From NCBI RefSeq assembly GCF_988242995.1, contig NZ_OZ547043.1: a stretch of 64,000 nucleotides of DNA; one strand, given 5' to 3'. The notes beneath the pieces are model-generated. The model saw only the letters and a program-made list of their open reading frames with translations, had not been told where the DNA came from and made no database searches. Made by a program: the position numbers and the translations under genes. Below, one piece after another: positions 35,778 to 46,029 of the stretch; positions within the stretch are counted from its first letter, which is position 1, and each line of letters starts with the position of its first letter.

Positions 35778-37130
35778 ATGACTAAACACTATGATTACAT
35801 CGCCATCGGCGGCGGCAGCGGCGGTATCGCCTCCATCAACCGCGCGGCTATGTACGGCCAGAAATGCGCGCTGATTGAAGCCAAAGAGCTGGGCGGCACC
35901 TGCGTGAACGTCGGTTGCGTACCGAAGAAAGTGATGTGGCACGCGGCGCAAATCCGTGAAGCGATCCACATGTACGGTCCGGATTATGGTTTCGATACCA
36001 CTATCAATAAATTCAACTGGGAAACGTTGATCGCCAGCCGTACCGCCTATATCGACCGTATTCATACTTCCTATGAAAACGTGCTCGGTAAAAATAACGT
36101 TGATGTAATCAAAGGCTTTGCCCGCTTCGTTGATGCCAAAACGCTGGAGGTAAACGGCGAAACCATCACGGCCGATCATATTCTGATCGCCACCGGCGGT
36201 CGTCCGAGCCACCCGGATATTCCGGGCGTGGAATACGGTATTGATTCTGATGGATTCTTCGCCCTGCCGGCGCTGCCAGAGCGCGTAGCGGTTGTTGGCG
36301 CGGGTTACATCGCCGTTGAACTGGCGGGCGTGATTAACGGCCTCGGCGCGAAAACGCATCTGTTTGTGCGTAAACATGCGCCGCTGCGCAGCTTCGACCC
36401 GATGATCTCTGAAACGCTGGTCGAAGTGATGAACGCCGAAGGCCCGCAGTTGCACACCAACGCCATCCCGAAAGCAGTAGTGAAAAATGCCGATGGCAGC
36501 CTGACGCTGGAGCTGGAAGATGGGCGTAGTGAAACGGTGGATTGCCTGATTTGGGCGATTGGTCGCGAGCCTGCCAATGACAACATCAACCTGGAAGCCG
36601 CTGGCGTTAAAACCAACGAAAAAGGCTATATCGTCGTCGATAAATATCAAAACACCAACGTTGAAGGTATTTACGCGGTGGGCGATAACACGGGTGCAGT
36701 GGAACTGACACCGGTAGCAGTTGCAGCGGGTCGCCGTCTCTCTGAACGCCTGTTTAATAACAAGCCGGATGAGCATCTCGATTACAGCAACATTCCGACC
36801 GTGGTCTTCAGCCATCCGCCGATTGGGACTGTTGGTTTAACGGAACCGCAGGCGCGCGAGCAGTACGGCGACGATCAGGTGAAAGTGTATAAATCCTCTT
36901 TCACCGCGATGTATACCGCCGTCACCACTCACCGCCAGCCGTGCCGCATGAAACTGGTATGCGTTGGACCGGAAGAGAAGATTGTCGGAATTCACGGCAT
37001 TGGTTTTGGTATGGATGAAATGTTGCAGGGCTTCGCGGTGGCGCTGAAGATGGGGGCGACCAAAAAAGACTTCGACAATACCGTCGCCATTCACCCGACG
37101 GCGGCAGAAGAGTTCGTGACCATGCGTTAA
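35778..37130 (+). CDS. gor: glutathione reductase
   Basis: 450 aa; FAD-binding GGGSGG motif and redox-active CVNVGC disulfide motif. Confidence 0.95.
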   Translation: MTKHYDYIAIGGGSGGIASINRAAMYGQKCALIEAKELGGTCVNVGCVPKKVMWHAAQIREAIHMYGPDYGFDTTINKFNWETLIASRTAYIDRIHTSYENVLGKNNVDVIKGFARFVDAKTLEVNGETITADHILIATGGRPSHPDIPGVEYGIDSDGFFALPALPERVAVVGAGYIAVELAGVINGLGAKTHLFVRKHAPLRSFDPMISETLVEVMNAEGPQLHTNAIPKAVVKNADGSLTLELEDGRSETVDCLIWAIGREPANDNINLEAAGVKTNEKGYIVVDKYQNTNVEGIYAVGDNTGAVELTPVAVAAGRRLSERLFNNKPDEHLDYSNIPTVVFSHPPIGTVGLTEPQAREQYGDDQVKVYKSSFTAMYTAVTTHRQPCRMKLVCVGPEEKIVGIHGIGFGMDEMLQGFAVALKMGATKKDFDNTVAIHPTAAEEFVTMR

Positions 37131-37135
37131 ATGTT

Positions 37136-37168
37136 AAAGGGCAAAGAGTGGTGTGCTCTTTGCCCTTA
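37136..37168. terminator. hairpin between gor and dinQ 3' ends (putative bidirectional terminator)
   Basis: aagggcaaagag...ctctttgccctt; weak U-tract. Confidence 0.4.
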
Positions 37169-37183
37169 GCTACGTTTCCGCTA

Positions 37184-37267
37184 TCAGTTCAGAAGCTGAA
37201 GCAGGAAGCGGATCAGTTCCAGCAGCGCAATTAACGCCCCAAGAACGATGATTGCTTTATCAATCAC
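37184..37267 (-). CDS. dinQ: DinQ toxic inner-membrane peptide (27 aa), type I toxin
   Basis: Reverse-complement reading gives GTG ATT GAT AAA ... AAC TGA = (M)IDKAIIVLGALIALLELIRFLLQLLN, matching remembered DinQ. Confidence 0.8.
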   Translation of the reverse strand: MIDKAIIVLGALIALLELIRFLLQLLN

Positions 37268-37460
37268 CCGTTTTCTCCATGCGATGGAGTGAGAATGCAT
37301 CCGCTTACTCATCCACTGCCTGTCACGGCGCATGCCCCATTGTTAGATGTGGGCATTCTCACTCCGGCCAGAGCATCAGTTAACGGCACCACCCGTACTT
37401 CTGACCAGGACTTTGAAAGCGTTTATGCGCATTACCAGAGTGAAAATGCCTCAGAACTAA

Positions 37461-37476
37461 CTGGATAATCATACAG
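37461..37476 (-). promoter_or_regulatory. LexA box (CTG-N10-CAG) in dinQ promoter
   Basis: ctggataatcatacag read directly; adjacent overlapping CTGTAT repeats. Confidence 0.6.
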
Positions 37477-37540
37477 TACATACAGGTTATAAAACCAGCA
37501 TGTCCTTGCAATAGTTTCAGTATGGTATTAGCATTGATGC

Positions 37541-37623
37541 GTTAGATGATGGCATTCTCACTCCAGCCAGAGCCACCAACTCTGGGCTGCAAAGTAAAAA
37601 ACCGACGCGAAGTCGGTTTTTTT
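37541..37623 (+). ncRNA. agrA: AgrA small RNA (dinQ antisense-repeat sRNA) with intrinsic terminator
   Basis: Repeat gttagatgAtggcattctcactccAgccagagccaccaactc... shared with dinQ 5' region and agrB, ending in aaaaaaccgacgcgaagtcggttttttt; ends approximate. Confidence 0.65.
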
Positions 37624-37775
37624 ACGTCCGGATTCGGACAAGGCCTGGTACGGCAGCGACCCGATGAAAGTATATAAATCCTCTTTCACCAACATGTATA
37701 GCAAACTGTCCCTTCGCCAGCTGAAGAAATCGCTAACGCTTGCAATGTTAGCCACTGGCTAATAGTATTGAACCG

Positions 37776-37858
37776 TTAGATGTGGGCATTCTCACTCCGG
37801 CCAGAGCCACCAACTCAGGGCTGGAAAGTAAAAAACCGACGCAAAGTCGGTTTTTTTA
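37776..37858 (+). ncRNA. agrB: AgrB small RNA (antitoxin sRNA for dinQ) with intrinsic terminator
   Basis: Second copy of the repeat; gttagatgtgggcattctcactccggccagagc is identical to the segment at 37341-37373 in the dinQ leader; ends approximate. Confidence 0.65.
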
Positions 37859-38009
37859 CGTCCTGATTCAGACCTCCTTTCAAATGAATACCCAACTCAA
37901 AATTCACACCTATTACCTTCCTCTGCACTTACACATTCGTTAAACCATATATGTTTTTGACTTATCCGATTCGAAGAGAGACACTACCTGCAACAATCAG
38001 GAGCGCAAT

Positions 38010-38363
38010 ATGTCATTTCTGTTACCCATCCAACTGTTCAAAATTCTTGCCGATGAAACCCGTCTGGGCATCGTTTTACTGCTCAGCAAACTGGGAGAGT
38101 TATGCGTCTGCGATCTCTGCACTGCTCTCGACCAGTCGCAGCCCAAGATCTCCCGCCACCTGGCATTGCTGCGTGAATGCGGGCTATTGCTGGATCGCAA
38201 GCAAGGTAAGTGGGTTCATTACCGCTTATCGCCGCATATTCCAGCATGGGCGGCGAAAATTATTGATGAGGCCTGGCGATGTGAACAGGAAAAGGTTCAG
38301 GCAATTGTCCGCAAACTGGCTCGACAAAATTGTTCCGCAGACAGTAAGAACATTTGCAGTTAA
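38010..38363 (+). CDS. arsR: arsenite-responsive repressor ArsR
   Basis: 117 aa with metalloid-binding ELCVCDLC motif within the HTH region. Confidence 0.93.
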   Translation: MSFLLPIQLFKILADETRLGIVLLLSKLGELCVCDLCTALDQSQPKISRHLALLRECGLLLDRKQGKWVHYRLSPHIPAWAAKIIDEAWRCEQEKVQAIVRKLARQNCSADSKNICS

Positions 38364-38417
38364 AAAATTTATCTAAACACATATGTATTTGCACATGTGT
38401 TTTATCCGGGAGGCATT

Positions 38418-39707
38418 ATGTTACTGGCAGGCGCTATCTTTGTCCTGACCATCGTATTGGTTATCTGGCAGCCGAAAGGTTTAGGCATCGGCTGGAGTGC
38501 AACCCTCGGCGCAGTACTGGCGTTGGTTACGGGCGTGGTTCATCCGGGTGATATTCCGGTGGTGTGGAATATCGTCTGGAACGCGACGGCTGCGTTTATT
38601 GCCGTCATTATCATCAGCCTGCTGCTGGATGAGTCCGGCTTTTTTGAATGGGCGGCGCTGCACGTTTCACGCTGGGGCAATGGACGCGGTCGCTTGCTGT
38701 TTACCTGGATTGTCCTGCTCGGTGCCGCCGTTGCGGCCCTGTTTGCCAATGATGGCGCGGCGCTTATTTTAACGCCGATTGTCATCGCCATGCTGCTGGC
38801 TTTAGGGTTCAGTAAAGGCACTACGCTGGCGTTTGTTATGGCGGCCGGATTCATTGCCGATACCGCCAGCCTGCCGCTTATTGTCTCCAATCTGGTGAAT
38901 ATCGTTTCCGCAGATTTCTTTGGTCTTGGCTTTCGCGAATACGCATCGGTGATGGTGCCGGTGGATATCGCCGCAATTGTTGCCACGCTGGTGATGCTGC
39001 ATCTCTATTTTCGCAAAGATATTCCGCAGAACTACGATATGGCACTGCTGAAATCGCCCGCAGAAGCGATTAAAGATCCTGCTACGTTCAAAACTGGCTG
39101 GGTTGTTTTACTGTTTCTGCTGGTGGGATTTTTCGTCCTGGAACCGCTCGGCATTCCGGTAAGCGCCATTGCGGCAGTGGGCGCGCTGATATTATTTGCC
39201 GTCGCTAAACGCGGTCATGCAATTAATACGGGTAAAGTCCTGCGCGGTGCGCCCTGGCAGATTGTCATCTTCTCGCTCGGCATGTATCTGGTGGTTTATG
39301 GCCTGCGCAATGCCGGACTAACGGAATATCTTTCTGGCGTACTCAACGTGCTGGCGGAAAACGGCCTGTGGGCCGCGACGCTCGGCACCGGATTCCTCAC
39401 CGCCTTCCTCTCTTCTATTATGAACAATATGCCGACGGTACTGGTTGGCGCGTTGTCCATTGATGGCAGCACGGCATCTGGCGTTATCAAAGAAGCGATG
39501 GTTTATGCCAACGTGATTGGCTGCGATTTGGGGCCGAAAATTACCCCAATTGGTAGCCTGGCTACGCTACTCTGGCTGCACGTACTTTCGCAGAAGAATA
39601 TGACTATCAGCTGGGGATATTACTTCCGTACAGGGATTATCATGACCCTGCCTGTGCTGTTTGTGACGCTGGCTGCGCTGGCGCTACGCCTCTCTTTCAC
39701 TTTGTAA
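38418..39707 (+). CDS. arsB: arsenite/antimonite efflux pump ArsB (429 aa)
   Basis: Start at ATG 38418 preceded by GGGAGG; polytopic membrane protein. Confidence 0.92.
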   Translation: MLLAGAIFVLTIVLVIWQPKGLGIGWSATLGAVLALVTGVVHPGDIPVVWNIVWNATAAFIAVIIISLLLDESGFFEWAALHVSRWGNGRGRLLFTWIVLLGAAVAALFANDGAALILTPIVIAMLLALGFSKGTTLAFVMAAGFIADTASLPLIVSNLVNIVSADFFGLGFREYASVMVPVDIAAIVATLVMLHLYFRKDIPQNYDMALLKSPAEAIKDPATFKTGWVVLLFLLVGFFVLEPLGIPVSAIAAVGALILFAVAKRGHAINTGKVLRGAPWQIVIFSLGMYLVVYGLRNAGLTEYLSGVLNVLAENGLWAATLGTGFLTAFLSSIMNNMPTVLVGALSIDGSTASGVIKEAMVYANVIGCDLGPKITPIGSLATLLWLHVLSQKNMTISWGYYFRTGIIMTLPVLFVTLAALALRLSFTL

Positions 39708-39719
39708 TGAGATATTGAT

Positions 39720-40145
39720 ATGAGCAACATTACCATTTATCACAACCCGGCCTGCGGTACGTCGCGTAATACGCTGGAGATGATCCGCAACAGCGGTACA
39801 GAACCGACCATTATCTATTATCTGGAAACACCGCCAACGCGCGATGAGCTGGTCAAACTCATTGCCGATATGGGGATTTCCGTACGCGCGCTGCTGCGTA
39901 AAAACGTCGAGCCGTATGAGGAACTGGGCCTTGCAGAAGATAAATTTACTGACCATCAGTTAATCGACTTTATGCTTCAGCACCCGATTCTGATTAACCG
40001 CCCGATTGTGGTGACGCCGCTGGGAACTCGCCTGTGCCGCCCTTCAGAAGTGGTGCTGGAAATTCTGCCAGATGCGCAACAAGGCGCGTTCACCAAGGAA
40101 GATGGCGAGAAAGTGGTTGATGAGGCGGGTAATCGCCTGAAATAG
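39720..40145 (+). CDS. arsC: arsenate reductase ArsC (glutaredoxin-coupled)
   Basis: 141 aa starting MSNITIYHNPACGTSRNTL (catalytic Cys12 context). Confidence 0.93.
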   Translation: MSNITIYHNPACGTSRNTLEMIRNSGTEPTIIYYLETPPTRDELVKLIADMGISVRALLRKNVEPYEELGLAEDKFTDHQLIDFMLQHPILINRPIVVTPLGTRLCRPSEVVLEILPDAQQGAFTKEDGEKVVDEAGNRLK

Positions 40146-40147
40146 CT

Positions 40148-40175
40148 AAAGGGGGATATGCCCCCTTATTTGTTC
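40148..40175. terminator. hairpin terminator between convergent arsC and the ArsR-like gene
   Basis: aaggggg-atat-ccccctt followed by atttgttctt. Confidence 0.6.
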
Positions 40176-40486
40176 TTCGTGGCCCCTTCGCCATGTGTTT
40201 TGCTATTTACGCAGCACTCCTCGCGTAAGAATTCAATTATCGCTTCCAGCATTGCGTATTGCGAAACACACATCAGCGTTCGACTCTCACGGTTTTGTTT
40301 GACCAGCCCTACCGATACCAGTGCTGAAATATGGTGACTGAGTGTGGAGCCGGGTATCCCAAGCTGCTTTTGCAACTCACCGACCGGCAAACCTTGTTCC
40401 CCCGCTTTGACCAGGTGTTTGAATATGAACAAACGGGTCGGGTGACCTAGCTCTTTCAGCGCTTTAGCAACTTCTTCCAACTGCAT
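40166..40486 (-). CDS. ArsR/SmtB-family HTH regulator (second copy, atypical; C-terminal Cys pair)
   Basis: 106 aa; N-terminus ALKELGHPTRLFIFKHL typical of ArsR/SmtB; lacks the ELCVCDLC site but has EECC near the C-terminus. Confidence 0.75.
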   Translation of the reverse strand: MQLEEVAKALKELGHPTRLFIFKHLVKAGEQGLPVGELQKQLGIPGSTLSHHISALVSVGLVKQNRESRTLMCVSQYAMLEAIIEFLREECCVNSKTHGEGATKNK

Positions 40487-40508
40487 ATGACACCCCCTTT
40501 GTCTGGTT

Positions 40509-40569
40509 GATATTTCGATAATACCAGAAATATCTTGATCTGAATTTTATTTCGATTATTCTGGAAATA
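40509..40569. promoter_or_regulatory. two similar inverted repeats (GATATTTC-N10-GAAATATC and TATTTC-N10-GAAATA) in the divergent promoter; candidate operators
   Basis: Read directly at 40509-40534 and 40548-40569. Confidence 0.45.
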
Positions 40570-40593
40570 TAGATTTAATCAATGAGGTTGCGT

Positions 40594-41595
40594 ATGAATA
40601 GTTGGCTTGCGATGCTGCAAGATGCCGCAGAGATGTTTGTGTTTCTCGCCGTTGAGCTTTCTTTGCTGTTTATAGTGATTAGTGCCGGTGTGAGCCTGAT
40701 AAGACAAAAGGTGCCAGACCATAAAATCCAGCAGATGATGGGGGCCAGAAAAGGGAGAGGTTATCTCCTGGCTGCTCTGTTGGGAGCCGTTACCCCGTTC
40801 TGTAGTTGCTCGACAATCCCCATGTTACGTGGATTGTTATCAGCGAAAGCCGGGTTTGGTCCGACCCTCACTTTTTTATTTGTTTCACCGCTACTTAATC
40901 CCATTATCGTCGGGTTAATGTGGGTGACTTTTGGCTGGAAAGTTACCTTGTTGTACGCGATTATCGCCGCCGGCGTCTCCGTACTTGCCAGTATTATCCT
41001 GGATTCTCTGGGATTTGAACGTCATATCATTGCCAGTAAAAGCTCATCAGCAAATTGTTGTGCTCCAGCCAAAACTTCGCCAGGGACGACATATACGCCC
41101 ATAAAAGTGAGTTGCTGTAGTCCAGCGGCTAAAGTCATTGAGAAACCCGCAGTTAACTGTTGCAGTACCAAAGCAGTGGCAAGTATTAATCCCATAAAAT
41201 TAGCCATTAAAGATGCATTGCAGCAGTTTAAAGACGTACTGCCATATCTTGTGTTAGGGGTATTACTAGGCTCTTTTATTTATGGCTTTATCCCCTCACA
41301 GTGGATTGCCGCTCATGCAGGGGCAGATAATCCCTTCGCCATCCCGTTGAGCGCCGTTGTCGGTATTCCGCTGTATATCCGGGCAGAGGCGGTTATCCCT
41401 CTGGCATCAGTTCTGATGACGAAAGGCATGGGTCTGGGGGCATTAATGGCATTAATCATCGGCAGTGCCGGAGCAAGTCTGACGGAAGTGATATTACTTA
41501 AATCAATGTTCAGAATACCGATGATAGTTGCATTCCTGACGGTTATATTAGGTATGGCTATCTTGATGGGCTATTTGACTCAAATGCTATTTTAA
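40594..41595 (+). CDS. ArsP-like permease (putative organoarsenical/metalloid efflux permease) with TPFCSCS motif and Cys-rich loop
   Basis: Polytopic membrane protein; TPFCSCSTIP motif as I recall from ArsP; central soluble loop with three CC pairs; start at ATG 40594 (SD gagg) preferred over 40582. Confidence 0.65.
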   Translation: MNSWLAMLQDAAEMFVFLAVELSLLFIVISAGVSLIRQKVPDHKIQQMMGARKGRGYLLAALLGAVTPFCSCSTIPMLRGLLSAKAGFGPTLTFLFVSPLLNPIIVGLMWVTFGWKVTLLYAIIAAGVSVLASIILDSLGFERHIIASKSSSANCCAPAKTSPGTTYTPIKVSCCSPAAKVIEKPAVNCCSTKAVASINPIKLAIKDALQQFKDVLPYLVLGVLLGSFIYGFIPSQWIAAHAGADNPFAIPLSAVVGIPLYIRAEAVIPLASVLMTKGMGLGALMALIIGSAGASLTEVILLKSMFRIPMIVAFLTVILGMAILMGYLTQMLF

Positions 41596-42174
41596 ATAGA
41601 TGCCAGCAGTAAACTATAAGGAGCATTGTGAGTGCCTTATCCTTCTGAGTAGAAAATCATAGATAGGATAATCCTTAAAAATCACAAATAACTTAACTAA
41701 TGCTTTGAGAATGATGACGGATCCGTCAGTAAGTCATCAATCGACAATCACCACGCAATCATGCTTCTCTGACATTTTATCGGAGAAGCAATGTCTCTTT
41801 GTTTCAGTGCTATCCCCCCTTTTAAAGGGCAGATTTCAGTCGCCAATACAACACATTTTTAAATACACTTTAACCTGGTTCATTATTACACATCTAAAAC
41901 ATCACAAAAATATCACTTCACACACTATCGGTGAACATCATAACTTTTTAAAATGAGCGCTTTTTGATAGTTGTTAACGTTTTCCTTTACGATACTATCA
42001 CTGCCCTTTTTTTATACACAAATATTACCGGGTGGAAATGAAAGGGAAGTTAAAGGTAATTATATCAGGAAGATATGACGCATTGTGTTTATTTCCGCGT
42101 AGAAGAAAATCCATTCCTGCTCTAATTCTCCGATTTAAAAAATTTAGCGAAATAGATGAACAATAAGGAATGTT

Positions 42175-43398
42175 ATGTCAATTGACTTTACCCCAGGTAT
42201 GATAAATACATATCACGGCGATATTTATAACCGCACAACAGATACCGACAATGTTAAAACACCAGACACACCGATGTGGCCTTGTGATAATCAGGAAGAA
42301 CAGCAACCCATTAATTTTTCATTGTCTGAAGAAGGATATAACGCTGAACAATTTGATTTAGCGCAACAACAACTCCAACAAATTAATGCGTGCCACACGA
42401 ACACTACATATACAAATGCAGACTACTCAAAAGTTGTGGCTCAACTTGTAAGTCTTATTACTAACATTGAAACGATAAGTTCGACACCACTTACGCAACA
42501 GACACAATCAATACTTAATCAGATTAATAACATTAGATACGAAAAAAACAAAAGTGCTGAATGTCGAATCATTGTTGTCGCTAATCCTAAACCCGACAAG
42601 GCAATCATAACTAAAATTAGCGTAGAAGAGGGAATACCAGTAAGATTCAGTGTCCAAACCATGTTTTCAGATACTAATTTTATTGCTGAACAACAGGCTG
42701 ACTTACCTACTAATATAAAAGATATTCAAAACCTGTATCAAAAAATGACGAAGTTATATATTGAGCACAGTGAAAATAAAAACAGGATGAAAGTCTTTGC
42801 CGGAACCAACTTTATTGATTTCAATATGACAGGACAGAACCTGTCCGGGTTCGTTCTAACCTTGTCAAGGTTTTATTTCGAAGATCTACTTAATATAAAT
42901 TTCACTGACGCAAATTTAGGTGACACTATTTTTTCACATAAAGAACACCCTACCCCAAAATTATATAAAGACGAACAATATCTTGACAAACAAATCGAAG
43001 GTTTATTTTCAACATTATTAACCATTAATGACAACTTTTTACGAGCAAAAGCGGAAATTGCTTCGACAATAATTAAATTCTTAGAGGCCAGGATAACCAA
43101 TATTTCATACAATGACATATTAAAATATCAGCAAGAATTCAAAAAACAATGTTATAAGCAAGTTAAAGCCTTTACGACACTCTCCCGATACAATAAAATT
43201 CAAACATGGGCAGAAATGTCTGAATATCAATTCGAAGTATTTCAATACGAGACGCTTAACCCAAAAAAAATGTCATACGCACCTTATTTAAAGAGATCGC
43301 TACCTGATGAAAAAACTATAAATTATGGGGTGGAAATAGAAACACCATCTGGCAAAAGAATTCGCTTATCAAATCATTACCAGAATATAATCCCATAA
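42175..43398 (+). CDS. yhiS: uncharacterized protein YhiS, apparently intact (407 aa)
   Basis: Position between the ars region and slp; AT-rich, Asn/Ile-rich soluble protein. Confidence 0.6.
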   Translation: MSIDFTPGMINTYHGDIYNRTTDTDNVKTPDTPMWPCDNQEEQQPINFSLSEEGYNAEQFDLAQQQLQQINACHTNTTYTNADYSKVVAQLVSLITNIETISSTPLTQQTQSILNQINNIRYEKNKSAECRIIVVANPKPDKAIITKISVEEGIPVRFSVQTMFSDTNFIAEQQADLPTNIKDIQNLYQKMTKLYIEHSENKNRMKVFAGTNFIDFNMTGQNLSGFVLTLSRFYFEDLLNINFTDANLGDTIFSHKEHPTPKLYKDEQYLDKQIEGLFSTLLTINDNFLRAKAEIASTIIKFLEARITNISYNDILKYQQEFKKQCYKQVKAFTTLSRYNKIQTWAEMSEYQFEVFQYETLNPKKMSYAPYLKRSLPDEKTINYGVEIETPSGKRIRLSNHYQNIIP

Positions 43399-43642
43399 TA
43401 TGAACATTAGCACTTTATAATCATTGAATAAAAATAGATTTTATGTACCTTTAAAAAAAGGCTATTTTATGGGGCGATGGATACTCATGTCACGCCCCAA
43501 AATTAACAGAATTAAACTAAACAGAAGGGATATAAACATCAGACAGGTTTACGTTACTATCAGGCATATCGCCTCAGAATCAGATGAAAACTATAAAGAA
43601 ATATCTATTATGGTTTTAATATTTGTTGATAAGGATAGTAAC

Positions 43643-44209
43643 ATGAACATGACAAAAGGTGCACTCATCCTCAGCCTTTCATTTTTGCTTGCCGCATGTA
43701 GTTCAATTCCGCAAAATATCAAAGGCAATAACCAACCTGATATTCAAAAAAGTTTTGTTGCTGTTCATAACCAGCCGGGGTTATATGTTGGTCAACAAGC
43801 GCGCTTTGGTGGGAAGGTTATCAACGTTATCAATGGCAAAACGGATACGTTGTTAGAAATCGCTGTATTACCGTTGGATAGCTATGCGAAGCCTGATATT
43901 GAAGCCAACTATCAGGGCCGACTGCTCGCCAGACAAAGCGGCTTCCTTGATCCAGTGAACTATCGTAATCACTTTGTTACCATCCTCGGTACCATTCAGG
44001 GTGAACAACCTGGCTTTATCAATAAAGTCCCGTATAACTTCCTCGAAGTGAATATGCAGGGCATCCAGGTGTGGCATTTGAGAGAAGTGGTTAATACCAC
44101 CTATAACCTGTGGGATTACGGCTATGGTGCATTCTGGCCGGAACCGGGCTGGGGTGCGCCTTACTACACCAACGCGGTGAGTCAGGTAACACCTGAGCTG
44201 GTCAAATAA
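43643..44209 (+). CDS. slp: starvation-inducible outer-membrane lipoprotein Slp (188 aa)
   Basis: Start at MNMTKGALILSLSFLLAAC (lipobox LAAC); ORF-track upstream extension rejected. Confidence 0.9.
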   Translation: MNMTKGALILSLSFLLAACSSIPQNIKGNNQPDIQKSFVAVHNQPGLYVGQQARFGGKVINVINGKTDTLLEIAVLPLDSYAKPDIEANYQGRLLARQSGFLDPVNYRNHFVTILGTIQGEQPGFINKVPYNFLEVNMQGIQVWHLREVVNTTYNLWDYGYGAFWPEPGWGAPYYTNAVSQVTPELVK

Positions 44210-44361
44210 CACCACCGAAAGATGCAGATGCTTTCTCAGCATCTGCATCATGCATTACATCAAATTAATACACAGTAAGCTAACTATTATTATAAGCCCT
44301 GTCCTGTTAATTACCTTTGGCAAACTGATTATAAAGTTAATGTCTGCACCAGGAGTCGGTT

Positions 44362-44892
44362 ATGTTTCTTATAATTACCAGGGATACGATGTTCTTCACC
44401 GCGATGAAAAACATTCTGAGTAAAGGTAATGTCGTTCATATACAGAACGAAGAAGAGATCGACGTAATGTTGCATCAGCATGCCTTCGTCATTATTGATA
44501 CATTAATGAATAATGTATTTCATTCTAATTTGCTCACTCAAATTGAACGATTAAAACCTGTCCATGTGATTATTTTCTCTCCCTTTAATATTAAACGCTG
44601 CCTGGGGAAAGTACCGGTGACCTTTGTTCCGCGAACTATCACCATCATCGACTTTGTCGCACTCATCAATGGCAGTTACTGCTCTGTGCCTGAAGCGGAT
44701 GTGTCCCTTTCGCGCAAGCAGCATCAGGTTCTGAGCTGCATTGCGAATCAAATGACAACGGAAGATATTCTGGAGAAACTGAAAATATCGCTAAAAACGT
44801 TCTACTGCCATAAACACAATATCATGATGATCCTCAATCTTAAGCGGATCAATGAGTTGGTACGCCATCAGCATATTGATTATCTGGTGTGA
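44362..44892 (+). CDS. dctR: LuxR-family regulator DctR (YhiF)
   Basis: 176 aa; C-terminal LuxR-type HTH; downstream of slp. Confidence 0.88.
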   Translation: MFLIITRDTMFFTAMKNILSKGNVVHIQNEEEIDVMLHQHAFVIIDTLMNNVFHSNLLTQIERLKPVHVIIFSPFNIKRCLGKVPVTFVPRTITIIDFVALINGSYCSVPEADVSLSRKQHQVLSCIANQMTTEDILEKLKISLKTFYCHKHNIMMILNLKRINELVRHQHIDYLV

Positions 44893-44952
44893 TCGATTGA
44901 TTAATATAAAGAGGCCCAGCAATAAATAGCCAGACCTCCCGTTAATTATACG

Positions 44953-45981
44953 TTATGCAGTAACGACTTCCGGTATCAGCGAAGCAATTTGCTTACGCCA
45001 TTGCGCTTGCTCCTGTTCGCCTTCTGTACGTTGACCATAAAGTTGCGCTATCTGCGTACCATCATGGGCAAACAATTCCAGACTGGTCACATAACCGTCA
45101 CTAGCAGGCTTACGGGTTACCCAGGTTTCAGCAATGCTCTCTTCTAATAGATGAAGAGTAAACGTCGGGTTAAAAATATTCAGCCAACTTTTCATTGGCA
45201 CCACTTTTTCTACCACGCCAGTGAAAATCTGTACGCAGCCACGGTTGCCAACAAACACCATGATTTCATTGCCATCCTGCTGTGCAGATTCAAGAATTTG
45301 CGCCAACGCACTGTTGGATACTTTGCAGGCCAAATCGTCTGCCACCAGATTGAACGCCTGTTGGCGCGTCAGGTTGTGGCGCTTGAGCAACGTAAAAAAC
45401 TGATGAACGTCGGTCATCGCCCGCCACTCTTGCTCAACCACACTGGCATCGGCTCGCATTTGAACGACTGGCGCATCACCGGCTTTTAACTCAAGCGACG
45501 TATTCTCATCGGTGATAAACCGTGCCAGAAGCTCACTCCATGCCGCCATATCGGTATTGTCGGTGGCATAAACTTTTAGTAATGCATCGCCCTGATGATC
45601 AAAGAACTGAATACTCTGACGTTCGCCACGAGTCGTATTTTCTTTGATGTGGAAAACACTGGCCCATTGATTGAGAAACAGACGCAAATCCAGCGCGCGT
45701 GGATTGAGGATCAATCCGGCATGTCCGTTCAAATGCTGGTTTGTGAACGCACCAACTTGCTCATGGACTGCATATTCATTACGGCAAATACATTTGGTCT
45801 CGCCAACACTTTCGAGCGCCGCCAGAATGTCACGGATATCGCCGCACATCCGCCACGCATCGTGCGTGACGCGCGCAAATGCCAGTTCTGCTTCGCTAAT
45901 ATTCATTAAACCTGCGATGTCACGCGCGTACTTTCCGGGATTTTGTTCTTTTAACTCAAGCCAGCGTGTGTAGTGGTTCAT
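44953..45981 (-). CDS. chuS: haem oxygenase / haem-degrading protein ChuS
   Basis: 342 aa; follows chuA in the same orientation. Confidence 0.85.
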   Translation of the reverse strand: MNHYTRWLELKEQNPGKYARDIAGLMNISEAELAFARVTHDAWRMCGDIRDILAALESVGETKCICRNEYAVHEQVGAFTNQHLNGHAGLILNPRALDLRLFLNQWASVFHIKENTTRGERQSIQFFDHQGDALLKVYATDNTDMAAWSELLARFITDENTSLELKAGDAPVVQMRADASVVEQEWRAMTDVHQFFTLLKRHNLTRQQAFNLVADDLACKVSNSALAQILESAQQDGNEIMVFVGNRGCVQIFTGVVEKVVPMKSWLNIFNPTFTLHLLEESIAETWVTRKPASDGYVTSLELFAHDGTQIAQLYGQRTEGEQEQAQWRKQIASLIPEVVTA

Positions 45982-46029
45982 TGTCTCTCTTCCTTCCAGA
46001 TAAATGCCCCGAAATATCGGGGCAGATGA

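Noticed and set aside
35436-36815. 459-aa ORF on the minus strand
   Set aside because: Lies entirely antisense within gor, whose glutathione reductase identity is supported by FAD-binding and CVNVGC motifs; treated as a shadow ORF.
41705-41956. 83-aa ORF in the AT-rich region between the ArsP-like gene and yhiS
   Set aside because: No ribosome-binding site, low-complexity composition; more likely part of the yhiS promoter region.
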